DNA of 64,000 nucleotides from an uncultured Burkholderiales bacterium (GCA_964391505.1 CAYMMG010000004.1:2920-66919), one strand, 5' to 3'; positions 9,537-20,521 are shown, counted from the stretch's first letter. Notes: generated by a model from the sequence alone, not told the origin. A program made the numbers and translations.

Positions 9537-11288
9537 TTAGGAAAGGAGGGTGACGAGTTCGGCGACGCGCCCCACGCTTCCCGGAAAGACTCCCAGAACA
9601 ATCGTCGCTGTCACACAAAGCACAATCGCCAGTTTTAATGCTGGAGGTGTTCCCACTGAAACGCGAGCATCGACGAGCAAGCTGTCACTCTCCGAAATCT
9701 CACCGGTCGAACCTGCATCCGCCAGAAGTTTCTTTTTAAGGCCTGGCCTCTGACCCCCGCTAACAAGAAAATCTTCGTCGGGCATTGAGGCCAGGCCTTG
9801 TGCGCCTTCTTCGGGGTCTTCTAACCACATGCGCTTGACGACACCTGCATAGTAAACAAAAGCAACAACAGAAGCAACACCAGCAACAACAGCCAAAACG
9901 ACTCCACCAAAGGTACCTACATCAAGAGCAGATCGGAACATGACGAATTTTGCAAACCAGCCGGCAAACGGTGGAATGCCCGCAAGTGAGAATAAAAAGA
10001 TTGACAAACAGATCGCCAGGAAAGGTTCCCTCTGACCAAGACCTTTGAACGTTTCGAGTTCACCGCTATGCGTTCGTCGCGCAATTGCTATGACACACGC
10101 AAACGCTCCAATGTTTGCAAGGAGATAGATAATGAGATACACAACTGTTGCTTGCAGTGCTGATTCCACAGGAAAGTTGCCGCGTTCAGCGAGCAACGTG
10201 AGCGGCAAGAGAATAAACCCACCTTGAGCTATGGAAGAGTAAGCCAACATGCGCACAATGTTGTTTTCTTTCAGTGCTGTAAAGTTTCCAACAATCAATG
10301 ATGCGATCACCATAATGAAGATAATGGGCATCCATATTTTGTGTTCGGGAAAGAATGCATACTGAAGCAAGACTGTCAATCCAACAAAACCTGCGGCTTT
10401 GGATAGGACGCTTAAAAACGCAGTTACGGGAGTAGGCGCACCTTCATATGTGTCGGGTGCCCATTGATGAAAAGGTACGGCAGAGATTTTGAAAGCAAAA
10501 CCAATCACGGTCAAAATAACAGCGACGTGTGCCAAATTAGTAATGTTCCCGCTCTCGAAGTATTCATGGATTCCCGTGAACAATGTTGTTCCCGACATTC
10601 CTGCAATGAATGACATCCCATAAAGCATGACTGCCGAGCTCATGACACCAATGAGGTAGTACTTTAAAGCAGCTTCGTTGCTTCTCAGATCACGCCGTCG
10701 CCAGCCCGCCATCACAAATGTAGGAATCGTTACAGTTTCTAGTGCTACAAATAAACTGATGAGATCACGTGAAGAAGCCAGTGCACTCATTCCGAAAACA
10801 GAAGTTAAGAGCAAAAACCAAAACTCACTCTGGAAATAATCGCCTTCGCGAATATAATCTCCTCCAATGAGTACGCAAAGATAGGCGCCGATAATAAAGA
10901 AGGCTTTAAAGGCGAGGGCATAGTTATCGACAACGAATGCTCCACCGAATAATGATCTATTTTGTCCGTCCAGCGCCAAAGTAATAACAGGAATCAACGA
11001 AACCAGTAAACCAATTGCTGCAACATTACTGGAACGCCATGACGAACGCTTCTTTAAAAAGAGATCAATGATGAGAACAAGAAGTGCAACGCATGCAAGT
11101 GTGATCTCAGGAGCAAGCGCATGCCAATCAATTGCAGGAGCTTTGTCTGCAAGCTGAGATACAACTTCATGTGTATGCTTTTCTGCTTGAGGACCCGTCA
11201 CATAGTTGATTGCACTATCAGGCGAATTCGGATCGACAGCATGAGCTACTCGACCAAGAACATTCGCTGCATAGGACAGATAGCTCAT
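9537..11288 (-). CDS. nuoN: Complex I subunit N (operon 1)
   Basis: EAALKYYL, FKISAVPFHQWAPDTYEGAP, RMLAYSSI, LAGIPPFAGW. Confidence 0.95.
   Translation of the reverse strand: MSYLSYAANVLGRVAHAVDPNSPDSAINYVTGPQAEKHTHEVVSQLADKAPAIDWHALAPEITLACVALLVLIIDLFLKKRSSWRSSNVAAIGLLVSLIPVITLALDGQNRSLFGGAFVVDNYALAFKAFFIIGAYLCVLIGGDYIREGDYFQSEFWFLLLTSVFGMSALASSRDLISLFVALETVTIPTFVMAGWRRRDLRSNEAALKYYLIGVMSSAVMLYGMSFIAGMSGTTLFTGIHEYFESGNITNLAHVAVILTVIGFAFKISAVPFHQWAPDTYEGAPTPVTAFLSVLSKAAGFVGLTVLLQYAFFPEHKIWMPIIFIMVIASLIVGNFTALKENNIVRMLAYSSIAQGGFILLPLTLLAERGNFPVESALQATVVYLIIYLLANIGAFACVIAIARRTHSGELETFKGLGQREPFLAICLSIFLFSLAGIPPFAGWFAKFVMFRSALDVGTFGGVVLAVVAGVASVVAFVYYAGVVKRMWLEDPEEGAQGLASMPDEDFLVSGGQRPGLKKKLLADAGSTGEISESDSLLVDARVSVGTPPALKLAIVLCVTATIVLGVFPGSVGRVAELVTLLS
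9738..9799 (-). repeat. In-frame palindromic element, copy 1 (in nuoN1)
   Basis: 13-bp perfect IR AAGGCCTGGCCTC/GAGGCCAGGCCTT, 36-bp spacer; encodes QGLASMPDEDFLVSGGQRPGLK. Confidence 0.9.
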
Positions 11289-11290
11289 TA

Positions 11291-12811
11291 TTATCCTCCG
11301 AACAATGCCGTGATGGGTGCATTGAAGTAGCGGAAGAGCAGATCAGGATAGACACCAAAGACAACAATGAGAGCCAAGATAGGTGTCCATGCAAGCCATT
11401 CTGTGACGTGCACATCGTGAATGTGAGCATCTGCAAATTCTTCTTTAACTTCTCCAAACGCAACTCGCTGGAACATCCAAAGAAGATATCCAGCAGCAAG
11501 AACTGTTCCAATGGCAGCTACCACCATATATACACGGAATAGTTCAACGCTCTGTCCCTCGGCAGGCTGAAAGGCCGATAGTACAGCGGGGAACTCTCCC
11601 CAAAAACCAGCCAGGCCAGGAAGTCCGAGAGATGCCATCGCAGAAAAACCGAAAATCCATCCGAGACGCGGAGCATTTTTCAAAAGACCACCCAAACGAG
11701 CAATCTCTCGAGTATCGAATCTATGTTGTATCGATCCTGCACAGAAGAAGAGCATGCCGGTAATCAAACCGTGTGCCACCATTCCAAACAGAGCAGCATT
11801 CATACCCAATGTTGTGCGCGTAGAAATTCCTAACATCACAAAACCCATGTGAGCAACTGACGAGAAGGCAATCAAGCGCTTAACATCTGTTTGGGCCAGA
11901 CAACACAGTGATCCATATATAATTCCGATCACAGCTAACGCACCGATGTAGGGAGCCCACGTTTGGCTCGCCTCGGGCAAAATGGGCATTGCGATTTTGA
12001 CGAAACCATATGTACCGAGCTTCAGCAAAATTGCCGCCAACAAAACCGAACCTTGTGTGGGAGCTTCCGTGTGTGCATCAGGCAACCACGTATGGAAGGG
12101 AAACATCGGAACTTTGATAGCGAACCCAAGGAACAGCCCACCAAAAATCCACAGAGCAGTCGTTGAATCAATGTTGAGCGTGCCGGTCTGGGCCATATGA
12201 GTTAAACCAGTAATGGAAAATGTTCTCGCACCCGAAATAAAGAACAGCGCGAGAAAACCAAGCAACATAAGTGCTGATCCAAAGAGCGTAAACAAAAAGA
12301 ATTTGAGTGATGCATACTTACGGTTCGGACCACCCCAGACACCTATCATGAAGAACATGGGCAGAAGAACAATTTCAAAGAAAACGAAGAAAAGAATTAA
12401 GTCTTGTGCGACAAAGGTTCCGTTCATTCCCACTTCGAGAAGTAACATCAGCGCTAAGAATCCGCGGGGATTATGCGGCTCAGGGAAATGATCCCATGAA
12501 TAAATAATGACAAGAACAGAAATAAACATAGAGAGCAACAACAATGGCAAACCAATACCGTCGACTCCAACGTCATATCGCGCATTGATAAGCGGGATCC
12601 ATTGCTTGGATACTCCTAGTTGGACGTCACCGCTTTCCCAATGAAAGCGCGTAACAATATATATACCGACAATAAATGTCAGCACGGCACTCGAGAGCGC
12701 GATCACCTTTTGGGCAAACTCTGCACCTTTTGGCGTGATAAGCACTCCCGCCATTCCCACTAACGGCAAAAATACCGCGAGTGAAAGAGACCATTCGTCA
12801 AATGTGTTCAC
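11291..12811 (-). CDS. nuoM: Complex I subunit M (operon 1)
   Basis: FFEIVLLPM, KVPMFPFHTWLPDAHTEAP, LLKLGTYG, GFWGEF. Confidence 0.95.
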   Translation of the reverse strand: MNTFDEWSLSLAVFLPLVGMAGVLITPKGAEFAQKVIALSSAVLTFIVGIYIVTRFHWESGDVQLGVSKQWIPLINARYDVGVDGIGLPLLLLSMFISVLVIIYSWDHFPEPHNPRGFLALMLLLEVGMNGTFVAQDLILFFVFFEIVLLPMFFMIGVWGGPNRKYASLKFFLFTLFGSALMLLGFLALFFISGARTFSITGLTHMAQTGTLNIDSTTALWIFGGLFLGFAIKVPMFPFHTWLPDAHTEAPTQGSVLLAAILLKLGTYGFVKIAMPILPEASQTWAPYIGALAVIGIIYGSLCCLAQTDVKRLIAFSSVAHMGFVMLGISTRTTLGMNAALFGMVAHGLITGMLFFCAGSIQHRFDTREIARLGGLLKNAPRLGWIFGFSAMASLGLPGLAGFWGEFPAVLSAFQPAEGQSVELFRVYMVVAAIGTVLAAGYLLWMFQRVAFGEVKEEFADAHIHDVHVTEWLAWTPILALIVVFGVYPDLLFRYFNAPITALFGG

Positions 12812-12838
12812 GTATCTCTACCTTTCATTCCCTGTTCA

Positions 12839-15016
12839 CTAGTTTTTACTTGCTATGACAGCAACGCAGATCAGGACGATAACGCCCATGAAAAGAAATA
12901 CTGCATAACGTTGAATTTTTCCACTTTGTAGTTTTTGCAGACCCGTACCTGAAGCACCAGACGTCGTACCCAAAGCGTTGACAACCCCATCAATCCCCTG
13001 TTGGTCAAGTTGCGAATATGTACGGTCGCCTATTTTGACAGCAAGCTTGCCCACCATATTCACAACACCATCAATAATATTTTGGTTAATCCAATACGAA
13101 GCGTTAGCGATACCCTTCTTCGTTGACCCAAAAATGATGTCGGTGTAAAGAACATCTAAATACAATTTGTTCACTAAGAAAGTGTGCAATGCACGCGCAA
13201 CGGAATTCTTTTCTACGAGTCCGACGAAACCAATCTTACGCCAATAGAAAAGATATGCTGAACCAATACCTGCAAACCCAATGACGCTGGCGATGATTGC
13301 GCCGGGATAGCTAAATGCTGCATGCGTGATTGAAGCACCACCATGAGCTACCAAATTACTGAAAGGGAACGCGCCTTTAGGTTCTACCCATTCAGTGAAT
13401 TTTTCGATATGGAAAGGTACAGCATTGAGCAGACCTGCTCCAACGGAAAGTACTGCAAGAATCAAAAGCGGAACAGTAATAAGTTTGTTCGATTCATGAG
13501 GATGATGATGGCCTCGATATTCACCAAAGAAAGTGAGGTATACACAACGAGTCATGTATGCAGCTGTCATAAATGCTCCGACGAGTCCTACGATCATGAA
13601 AGTTGCGTACCCATTTTCTCCTGCGTTAGCGAGAATTTCATCTTTAGACCAAAAGCCTGCCAAAGGAAAGACTCCAGCCAGTGCTGCTGTACCGATCATG
13701 AAGGTTGTAAACGTGATCGGCATATATTTTCGCAATCCACCCATGTCTTTCTTCATATCGAAGGAGTGATGTGAACCCGAGTGAGCAACAGACCCGGCGG
13801 CCAAGAAAAGAAGCGCTTTGAAAAATGCATGCGTAAAGAGGTGGAAGATCGCAGCTGTCCATGCTCCCGCTCCCAGACCCATCACCATATATCCCAGTTG
13901 CGAGATTGTTGAATACGCAAGAACTTTTTTAATATCGTCTTGAACAAAGGCAAGTGCTGCACCGACGAGAATAGTTATTCCACCAATGAGAACCATCGGG
14001 TTCAGCGCTGTTTCACCAATATTAAATCCTTCCCAAAATACTGGGTACACACGAGCTCCAAGATAGACACCAGCAACAACCATTGTTGCGGCATGAATCA
14101 ACGCCGATACGGGCGTTGGGCCGGCCATTGCATCAGGCAGCCAAGTGTGAAGAGGAAATTGCCCAGACTTTCCGATGATACCGAGCAACAATGCCAGAGC
14201 TGCCATGAAAAGCAAAGTGTGTCCAACTGTTCCCGACAAAGCCGCGTTGTTCACATCGAGAATAGAAAACGATCCCGTTCCTGTTGCTTGCTTCACAATA
14301 AAGAATGTCATGATGACACCTGTCAACAATCCAATATCACCAACACGAGTAGTAAAGAATGCTTTCAGAGCAGCATTGGAATTGGCTTTGTCTTCCCACC
14401 AGTGACCGATCAACATAAAGGAACACAGACCCACAAGTTCCCAACCTACAAGCAGTTGCAAAGTGTTATTGGCGAGAACTAAAAGCATCATCGACGACGT
14501 AAAGAGAGACAGTGCAGCAAAATAATGAGTGTACCGAATGTCGCCGCGAAGATATTCGGTGGAATACACATGGACAAGAGTCGAAATAATTGCAACGACA
14601 ACGACCATCATGACCGCTAGTCCATCGACATGCGTACCCACGCCTAGATGGAGCGAACCATTACGCCACCATGTGTAGGTCTGACCAAAAACATGACCTT
14701 CAAGACTGTGTGCACGCGTAATCCATTGGTACGCCAAGACAGCTGCCATCACTACAACGGACGCCATGGACGCAAGGCCGATTTCGTGACCTTTTTTAGG
14801 AAGACGCTTGCCGAAGAAAAGAATAAGGAAATATGAAATTGCAGGAATAACAAAAATCAACCAAGCATGAGTCAACATCCATGGTCCATGTTCGGTAATG
14901 TGCGCGATCTTTTCGCCTACGGCGTGATGCTCTTCAACCTCGTGGCCAACTTCATGGCCAACTTCTTCAGCTATACGCGCGAGCGAGGAAAGGGATTGTA
15001 CAGCGAACATCGACAC
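12839..15016 (-). CDS. nuoL: Complex I subunit L (operon 1), His-rich N-terminal extension
   Basis: WELVGLCSF, KSGQFPLHTWLPDAMAGPTPVSALIHAATMV, HAFFKALLF. Confidence 0.95.
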   Translation of the reverse strand: MSMFAVQSLSSLARIAEEVGHEVGHEVEEHHAVGEKIAHITEHGPWMLTHAWLIFVIPAISYFLILFFGKRLPKKGHEIGLASMASVVVMAAVLAYQWITRAHSLEGHVFGQTYTWWRNGSLHLGVGTHVDGLAVMMVVVVAIISTLVHVYSTEYLRGDIRYTHYFAALSLFTSSMMLLVLANNTLQLLVGWELVGLCSFMLIGHWWEDKANSNAALKAFFTTRVGDIGLLTGVIMTFFIVKQATGTGSFSILDVNNAALSGTVGHTLLFMAALALLLGIIGKSGQFPLHTWLPDAMAGPTPVSALIHAATMVVAGVYLGARVYPVFWEGFNIGETALNPMVLIGGITILVGAALAFVQDDIKKVLAYSTISQLGYMVMGLGAGAWTAAIFHLFTHAFFKALLFLAAGSVAHSGSHHSFDMKKDMGGLRKYMPITFTTFMIGTAALAGVFPLAGFWSKDEILANAGENGYATFMIVGLVGAFMTAAYMTRCVYLTFFGEYRGHHHPHESNKLITVPLLILAVLSVGAGLLNAVPFHIEKFTEWVEPKGAFPFSNLVAHGGASITHAAFSYPGAIIASVIGFAGIGSAYLFYWRKIGFVGLVEKNSVARALHTFLVNKLYLDVLYTDIIFGSTKKGIANASYWINQNIIDGVVNMVGKLAVKIGDRTYSQLDQQGIDGVVNALGTTSGASGTGLQKLQSGKIQRYAVFLFMGVIVLICVAVIASKN

Positions 15017-15315
15017 TATCCTTTGAGCTGATCGAGCTTGTCGATGTTAGGCGATTTGAGGTTGCGTGTAATGAGGAGAACTATTCCGAGTCCCACACCG
15101 ATTTCTGCTGCAGCAATCGAAATGACGAAGAGAGCAAAAGTATTACCCAATGGCGACTGTGTATATTGAGAGAAAGCGACCAAGTTGATGTTGACAGCGT
15201 TGAGCATGAGTTCAACACTCATGAGAACAAGAATTCCATTTTTACGTGCGATGACACCGTATATTCCTGCACTGAAAAGAAATGCGGCCACAATGAGGTA
15301 ATAGCTGAGTTGCAT
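15016..15315 (-). CDS. nuoK: Complex I subunit K (operon 1); start reassigned to MQLSYY
   Basis: [21 protein letters not shown]. Confidence 0.93.
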   Translation of the reverse strand: MQLSYYLIVAAFLFSAGIYGVIARKNGILVLMSVELMLNAVNINLVAFSQYTQSPLGNTFALFVISIAAAEIGVGLGIVLLITRNLKSPNIDKLDQLKG

Positions 15316-15316
15316 A

Positions 15317-15835
15317 TCAGTCCTTTCTCGCCATGACAACAGCACCAATAAGAGCCGCAAGAAGAAGTACACCGACTACTTCAAAAGGGAAAATGTAATC
15401 GTAAAGAACAGTCTTGCTGAGTGCGGACATCTGGCCATTCGCAAGAGTTGCACTCGCCTCAGAGCCACCGATGACAATTTTTGTTGAGCTGGTGAAAGCA
15501 TCGGTGATCAAAGCAGTCAATAAAGCGAACATGCCGAGACTCACAATATATGCAGGAAGGCGTGAATCGTTATCAAGGTCATCGTTCTTACCCATGGGCG
15601 CGCGCGTCAACATAATTCCAAAAAGTAAAAGCACGGTTACGGCTCCAATATAAATAAGTACTTGAACCCACGCGAGAAATTCAGCGGCTATGAGAAGAAA
15701 CAAACCAGCTGTTGCTGCTAGTACCGCTACAAGATGCAATGCGGCGTGAACAACGTTCGTTGTTCGCACGACCCCAATTGCTCCTGCACACGCTACCGCT
15801 GCGAGTAAAAAGAAAACGATGTTTTGAATAACCAT
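15317..15835 (-). CDS. nuoJ: Complex I subunit J (operon 1)
   Basis: [35 protein letters not shown]. Confidence 0.93.
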   Translation of the reverse strand: MVIQNIVFFLLAAVACAGAIGVVRTTNVVHAALHLVAVLAATAGLFLLIAAEFLAWVQVLIYIGAVTVLLLFGIMLTRAPMGKNDDLDNDSRLPAYIVSLGMFALLTALITDAFTSSTKIVIGGSEASATLANGQMSALSKTVLYDYIFPFEVVGVLLLAALIGAVVMARKD

Positions 15836-15840
15836 GTTCC

Positions 15841-16329
15841 CTACTTCTTCACCTTGGGAGGCAAAGCTCCCGATTCAAGTGGCTCAGGTTCTGGAACGGT
15901 TTCCATCCACTCACCTAATTTGTCTTTATCGTGCAATAGATTTGCGATACGGAATTCAGAGTACTCAAATTCTGGTGACCAAAACAATGCATCGAACGGG
16001 CACACTTCAACGCAAATTCCACAATACATACACAAGCCGTAATCGATGTCGAATCGATCAAGGATATTAACGTTGCGTTCTTTTCCGCCTTCACGACGAG
16101 GAGGTGCTTTGGTTTTATGACCTTCAATGTAGATACACCAGTCAGGGCACTGACGCGAGCACAACATACATGATGTACAGTTTTCTTCCTTAAGCGCAAT
16201 GACTCCGCGAGCGCGAGGTGCGACTTCTTCTTTTTCGTGAGGATATTGAACCGTAACGGTCGGTGTCATCATCGTACGGAATGTCACTGACAAACCTTTA
16301 ATGATCCCGGGGACTTTTAACTTTGGCAC
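15841..16329 (-). CDS. nuoI: Complex I subunit I (operon 1), 2x[4Fe-4S]
   Basis: [29 protein letters not shown]. Confidence 0.93.
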   Translation of the reverse strand: MPKLKVPGIIKGLSVTFRTMMTPTVTVQYPHEKEEVAPRARGVIALKEENCTSCMLCSRQCPDWCIYIEGHKTKAPPRREGGKERNVNILDRFDIDYGLCMYCGICVEVCPFDALFWSPEFEYSEFRIANLLHDKDKLGEWMETVPEPEPLESGALPPKVKK

Positions 16330-16338
16330 GATAACCCC

Positions 16339-17379
16339 TTAGTTCCACACCTGAAATGCTGCCGTCACGAGAATGTTAATGACGGACAACGGGATGAGAT
16401 ATTTCCATGCGAGTTTCTGAAGTTGGTCTTCACGGAAACGTGGGTAAGTAAAGCGCGCCCAGAACATCAAAAAGGCAATGAACATCACTTTGGCAAATAA
16501 CACAACAGGCCCAAGGAAGCGCATGTAGTCAGCATTCATGTCCACGCCCGGAATTGTCCAGCCACCGAGGAAGAGGGTTGCCGAGATTGCTGCAAAGGCG
16601 AATGCGGTACCGAATTCTCCCATGAAGAAAAAGAGAAAACGAAAACCGGTGTATTCGACCATGTATCCCGATACCAGTTCCGATTCAGCAACGGGCATAT
16701 CGAAGGGCGGTTGGGTGAGTTCTGCCTGACTCGCAATCATAAACAAAGCAAATCCAACAAATTGCGTCAAGATGAAAGGAAAACCAATCGCATCCCATCC
16801 AAAGATAGAGCCTTCGTGCTGTGCCGTGACGATTCCTTGCAGCGATGTTGTTTGCGCTTGCATCACAACACCAACAACAGCGAGCAAAAGAGGAAGTTCA
16901 TATGCAATGAGCTGAGCAGCTGCGCGCAATGCACCCAGGAGAGCGAACTTGGACGAACTTGCCCATCCTGCCATCAGCACACCAATGACGCTAAGCGAGG
17001 AAACAGCGAGCGCATAAAAAACGCCAACATTCAAGTCACGCACGTAGAGTTCTGGACCTACAGGTATTACAACGTACACAAGGAATGTCGACATCAAAAC
17101 GACAATAGGTGCAAGAGCAAAGACTCTTTTGTCTGCGTCGGCAGGCATGATGTCTTCTTTTTGCAAGAACTTCATTCCGTCACCAACAAGCTGGAACCAA
17201 CCATGGAATCCACCAGGATCCATCGGCCCAAGTCGACTTTGCATGTGACTCATCATCTTGAGAAGAAATACATACCCAAGAATAAGTGCGCCGGCAGGAA
17301 TTGTTCCCAGCACAACTGCTGTTTTAATGGCGGTGGTTGTTCCCCATCCGATATCTACTGCAAACGTTAAGCCACTCAT
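16339..17379 (-). CDS. nuoH: Complex I subunit H (operon 1)
   Basis: MQSRLGP, LRAAAQLIAYE, PFDMPVAESELVSGYMVEY, PRFREDQL. Confidence 0.95.
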   Translation of the reverse strand: MSGLTFAVDIGWGTTTAIKTAVVLGTIPAGALILGYVFLLKMMSHMQSRLGPMDPGGFHGWFQLVGDGMKFLQKEDIMPADADKRVFALAPIVVLMSTFLVYVVIPVGPELYVRDLNVGVFYALAVSSLSVIGVLMAGWASSSKFALLGALRAAAQLIAYELPLLLAVVGVVMQAQTTSLQGIVTAQHEGSIFGWDAIGFPFILTQFVGFALFMIASQAELTQPPFDMPVAESELVSGYMVEYTGFRFLFFFMGEFGTAFAFAAISATLFLGGWTIPGVDMNADYMRFLGPVVLFAKVMFIAFLMFWARFTYPRFREDQLQKLAWKYLIPLSVINILVTAAFQVWN

Positions 17380-18548
17380 CGGTCAATATCTCCCAGAATG
17401 AAATACAAACTCGCAAGAATGGTCACAATGTCAGGAACATAGACACCTTGAAGAAGCCAAGGACAAATAGAAACATTAGAAAAGCTAGCGCTACGGATTT
17501 TTGTGCGGAACGGACCCGTTGAACCCTTCGAATAGGTGTAGTACCCCATCTGACCGAGAGGGTTTTCCGTTTCTACCCAGATTTCACCCTCAGGAACCTT
17601 GATGATGAGCGGAACTTTTGCCATCACAGGACCAGAAGGAAGTTTGTCGAGAAGTTGACGTACCATTTGAATTGATTCACGCGTTTCTTGAAGACGTACC
17701 CAGTAGCGTGCGAATGAATCGCCGTCAGGATGAGTCCATACTTTGAAATCAATGTCTTTGTACGAAAGATAATCTGCACCATCGCGACGCAAGTCCCAAT
17801 CCACACCACTAGCGCGAATATTGGAACCTGACACTCCGTAGGCCAGACCCATTTCTGGAGTGATAATTCCTACACCGCGGGTACGAGCTTCAAAAATTTC
17901 ATTGCCTACTACAAGGCGATCAAAATCGTCACATGATTTTGCACAGATGTCGAGAACGCGTTTGCATTCACCCGTCCATCCCCATGGAAGGTCATCTTTG
18001 AGCCCGCCGATGCGATTGAAGTTCGGATGGAAACGCCCGCCGGTTGCTGACTCAATCAAGTTCAATACATATTCACGATCACGGAAACCGTAGAACGCTG
18101 GAGTAATCGCACCGATCTGTAATCCCATTTCACCGAGGAATAAAAGAAAAGTCGAGATACGAGAAAGTTCGGTCAGAATTGTTCGAATGTATTGCGCGCG
18201 ATCCGGAGCCTGGACTCCCATAAGTTGTTCTGCGCCATGCACAAAAGGAACTTCGTTTGCAAAACTACTGAGCCAATCGATACGGTTAATAAGTGTTGTA
18301 ATTTGTGGGTAGGTTCGATACTCGGTGAGTTTTTCGTAACCGCGATGCATGTAGCCAATAACGGGATCTGCACTCAGTACACGCTCACCGTCAAGACGAA
18401 CAACAAGACGAAGCGTTCCGTGTGTTGCAGGGTGCTGAGGACCCATGTTCAAGATCATGTCGCCATCATCAAGCTCAACATTCATTTGCGCTTGTGCAAG
18501 TTGGCCCATTACACGCGGGTCAATGTCAGTCATGGGAGTATCAGTCAT
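17376..18548 (-). CDS. nuoD: Complex I subunit D (operon 1)
   Basis: NMGPQHPATHGTLRL, GYMHRGYEK, C-terminal GDIDR; no NiFe CxxC motifs. Confidence 0.95.
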   Translation of the reverse strand: MTDTPMTDIDPRVMGQLAQAQMNVELDDGDMILNMGPQHPATHGTLRLVVRLDGERVLSADPVIGYMHRGYEKLTEYRTYPQITTLINRIDWLSSFANEVPFVHGAEQLMGVQAPDRAQYIRTILTELSRISTFLLFLGEMGLQIGAITPAFYGFRDREYVLNLIESATGGRFHPNFNRIGGLKDDLPWGWTGECKRVLDICAKSCDDFDRLVVGNEIFEARTRGVGIITPEMGLAYGVSGSNIRASGVDWDLRRDGADYLSYKDIDFKVWTHPDGDSFARYWVRLQETRESIQMVRQLLDKLPSGPVMAKVPLIIKVPEGEIWVETENPLGQMGYYTYSKGSTGPFRTKIRSASFSNVSICPWLLQGVYVPDIVTILASLYFILGDIDR

Positions 18549-19225
18549 TACTCATCTCCCCCTTCTTCATCAGCTGAATCATCGCCTGGCATAGGTTCAA
18601 CATCAACAAGGCCTGGCCAAGGTTTGATCACGCGTGCAAGGAGAGGAAAATCTTTACGAAGGGGGTACCCTTCAAATTCGCCGGGCAAGTAGAGGTGACG
18701 GATTTCTGGGTGACCCACAAAATCGATTCCGTACATTTCCCAACATTCGCGTTCATGCCAGTCTGCCCCAGGATAAGTGTCCGTCCAACTTGCAACCGAC
18801 ATGGAAGTTTCATCGACGTCGACTTTGATCGTAAGACCCAGATGCTTAGTTGTTGATTGCACGCGTGCAAAAACTTGAAAACGTGAATCCGAACCTGCAA
18901 CACCGAATGTCATTTCACGAGGTTGTGCAGGTTGACTTGGGTCGCCTTCACCTTCTGCTCCTTCGATGGGCATAGGCATCCAATCGATTCCTGCAATGAA
19001 GGAGAGGTAATCGCATCCCAATTTTTCGCGAGCAATCTTTGCAGCCTTCTTGTATCCTGCAGGAGTTACACGAACAACAAAGTCGCCAAAGTTGTGGTCG
19101 GATTCAATAACTTCTTTACCAAAAGCTTTGAGAACAGCTTTTTCCCACTTCAGCAGGTCCTCGGAAACTGGAGATGCTTCTTCGATCACCGCTTCCGAAT
19201 TATCTGTAGTTACTTCGTCAGACAT
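18548..19225 (-). CDS. nuoC: Complex I subunit C (operon 1)
   Basis: [28 protein letters not shown]. Confidence 0.93.
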   Translation of the reverse strand: MSDEVTTDNSEAVIEEASPVSEDLLKWEKAVLKAFGKEVIESDHNFGDFVVRVTPAGYKKAAKIAREKLGCDYLSFIAGIDWMPMPIEGAEGEGDPSQPAQPREMTFGVAGSDSRFQVFARVQSTTKHLGLTIKVDVDETSMSVASWTDTYPGADWHERECWEMYGIDFVGHPEIRHLYLPGEFEGYPLRKDFPLLARVIKPWPGLVDVEPMPGDDSADEEGGDE

Positions 19226-19847
19226 TTGCTACGTCCTGTGAAGCTTTTGTAGAAAGTTCGACGGGAACATCAGGATTAGTAAACGAAATCGAAGAGTTGG
19301 ATGTGGCTACAGGATATGTTGGTTGGCCAAGTGTTGGTGTTCCTTCAAAGCGCATCTTAAGTTCGTCGTTACCAATACCTTCATTTTGAATGCGTTCTTG
19401 CAACAGTGTTACTGCTTGGATAAGCGCTTCAGGCCGAGGAGGACAACCAGGAATATAAATGTCAACAGGAATAATTTGATCGACACCTTTCGTCACCGAG
19501 TATGAATCCCAATACGGCCCGCCACAGTTCGCGCAGCTCCCCATCGAGATCACATATTTTGGGTCAGGCATTTGCTCGTAGAGACGCTTGATGGCAGGAA
19601 CCATTTTGTCTGTAACTGTTCCGGAAATAACAACGAGGTCTGCTTGACGAGGAGAAGCAGGAAAAGGAATAACTCCAATGCGCATCATGTCGTAGCGAGG
19701 TGATGCGAGCGCGGCACCCATTTCAATAGCGCAACATGCGAGCCCCCATTGAAACATCCACAAAGAATATTTCCGTGAGTAGTTCAACAACCATGTAAGG
19801 GGTTTGACTTGTTTCTTTTGAAGAAAACCGTTGACGGCTAAGCCCAT
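19218..19847 (-). CDS. nuoB: Complex I subunit B (operon 1)
   Basis: [30 protein letters not shown]. Confidence 0.95.
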   Translation of the reverse strand: MGLAVNGFLQKKQVKPLTWLLNYSRKYSLWMFQWGLACCAIEMGAALASPRYDMMRIGVIPFPASPRQADLVVISGTVTDKMVPAIKRLYEQMPDPKYVISMGSCANCGGPYWDSYSVTKGVDQIIPVDIYIPGCPPRPEALIQAVTLLQERIQNEGIGNDELKMRFEGTPTLGQPTYPVATSNSSISFTNPDVPVELSTKASQDVANV

Positions 19848-20200
19848 TGCAAAAGTCCTTTGCGCCAGTCATATGCCAAACCAATAAGGAGCACGACAAG
19901 GAAAATACTCATGGCCCAAAAACCGTATGCGCCAAGACCGTTAACGTTGATAGCCCATGGAAAAACAAACACTGCTTCCACATCGAAAATGACAAAGAGT
20001 AACGCGAAGATGTAATAGCGAATATGACTCTGACCAAATCCACCTATGGGGTCAGACCCAGATTCATAAACAATATATTTTTCAGGTTGTGGTCGCACTG
20101 GTCGGAGGAGTCGGCCGATGGCAAGAATGCCCACACACATTGCGACTGCTGCTGCAATAAAAATGAAAACAGCGAGGTAATTTCGGTAGTACTCGGTCAT
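19838..20200 (-). CDS. nuoA: Complex I subunit A (operon 1); start reassigned to MTEYY
   Basis: [29 protein letters not shown]. Confidence 0.93.
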   Translation of the reverse strand: MTEYYRNYLAVFIFIAAAVAMCVGILAIGRLLRPVRPQPEKYIVYESGSDPIGGFGQSHIRYYIFALLFVIFDVEAVFVFPWAINVNGLGAYGFWAMSIFLVVLLIGLAYDWRKGLLQWA

Positions 20201-20341
20201 CGGCGGAGTACCGCTCGTTTCACGCATGTGATCGGCATTTATGAGAAAAGATGTCGCAAAAGTGTACATATCCAGGTGAAAGTATATGCGCTCGTGTCTG
20301 TAAAAACAGTGTTGGGCAGGACCTAAAATACTTATGAGTTC

Positions 20342-20412
20342 GGCGAACCCCAACCCATCATTCTCGCTCCGAGTGCAACGCAAAGTCGCTCGGATGAGAC
20401 TTGGGGTTCGCC
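20342..20412. repeat. Palindromic element, second copy of the 31-bp core
   Basis: 12-bp IR GGCGAACCCCAA/TTGGGGTTCGCC around the reverse complement of 7547..7577 (1 mismatch). Confidence 0.8.
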
Positions 20413-20470
20413 CTAACCTACAAAATTAATTCGGTCATGCCCAACAAGTTCATCCACTCGCTTAGAAGGG

Positions 20471-20497
20471 GATTTTTGTCATTTCATGACAAAAATC
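20471..20497. promoter_or_regulatory. Perfect 12-3-12 palindrome upstream of nuo operon 1, candidate operator
   Basis: GATTTTTGTCAT-TTC-ATGACAAAAATC. Confidence 0.4.
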
Positions 20498-20521
20498 ATG
20501 ATAAATGCATGAAATGGTACT

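Noticed and set aside
16711..17370. Long antisense ORFs over nuo and other genes (for example the 219-aa ORF here)
   Set aside because: Shadow frames opposite well-supported conserved genes
9537..20200. Operon 1 as a group 4 hydrogenase or Mrp antiporter
   Set aside because: The D subunit lacks NiFe-binding CxxC motifs, and the full A,B,C,D,H-N order matches complex I
20201..20383. 60-aa N-terminal extension of NuoA1 in the ORF track
   Set aside because: Starts inside the repeat at 20342-20412; NuoA-like sequence begins at MTEYY (20200)
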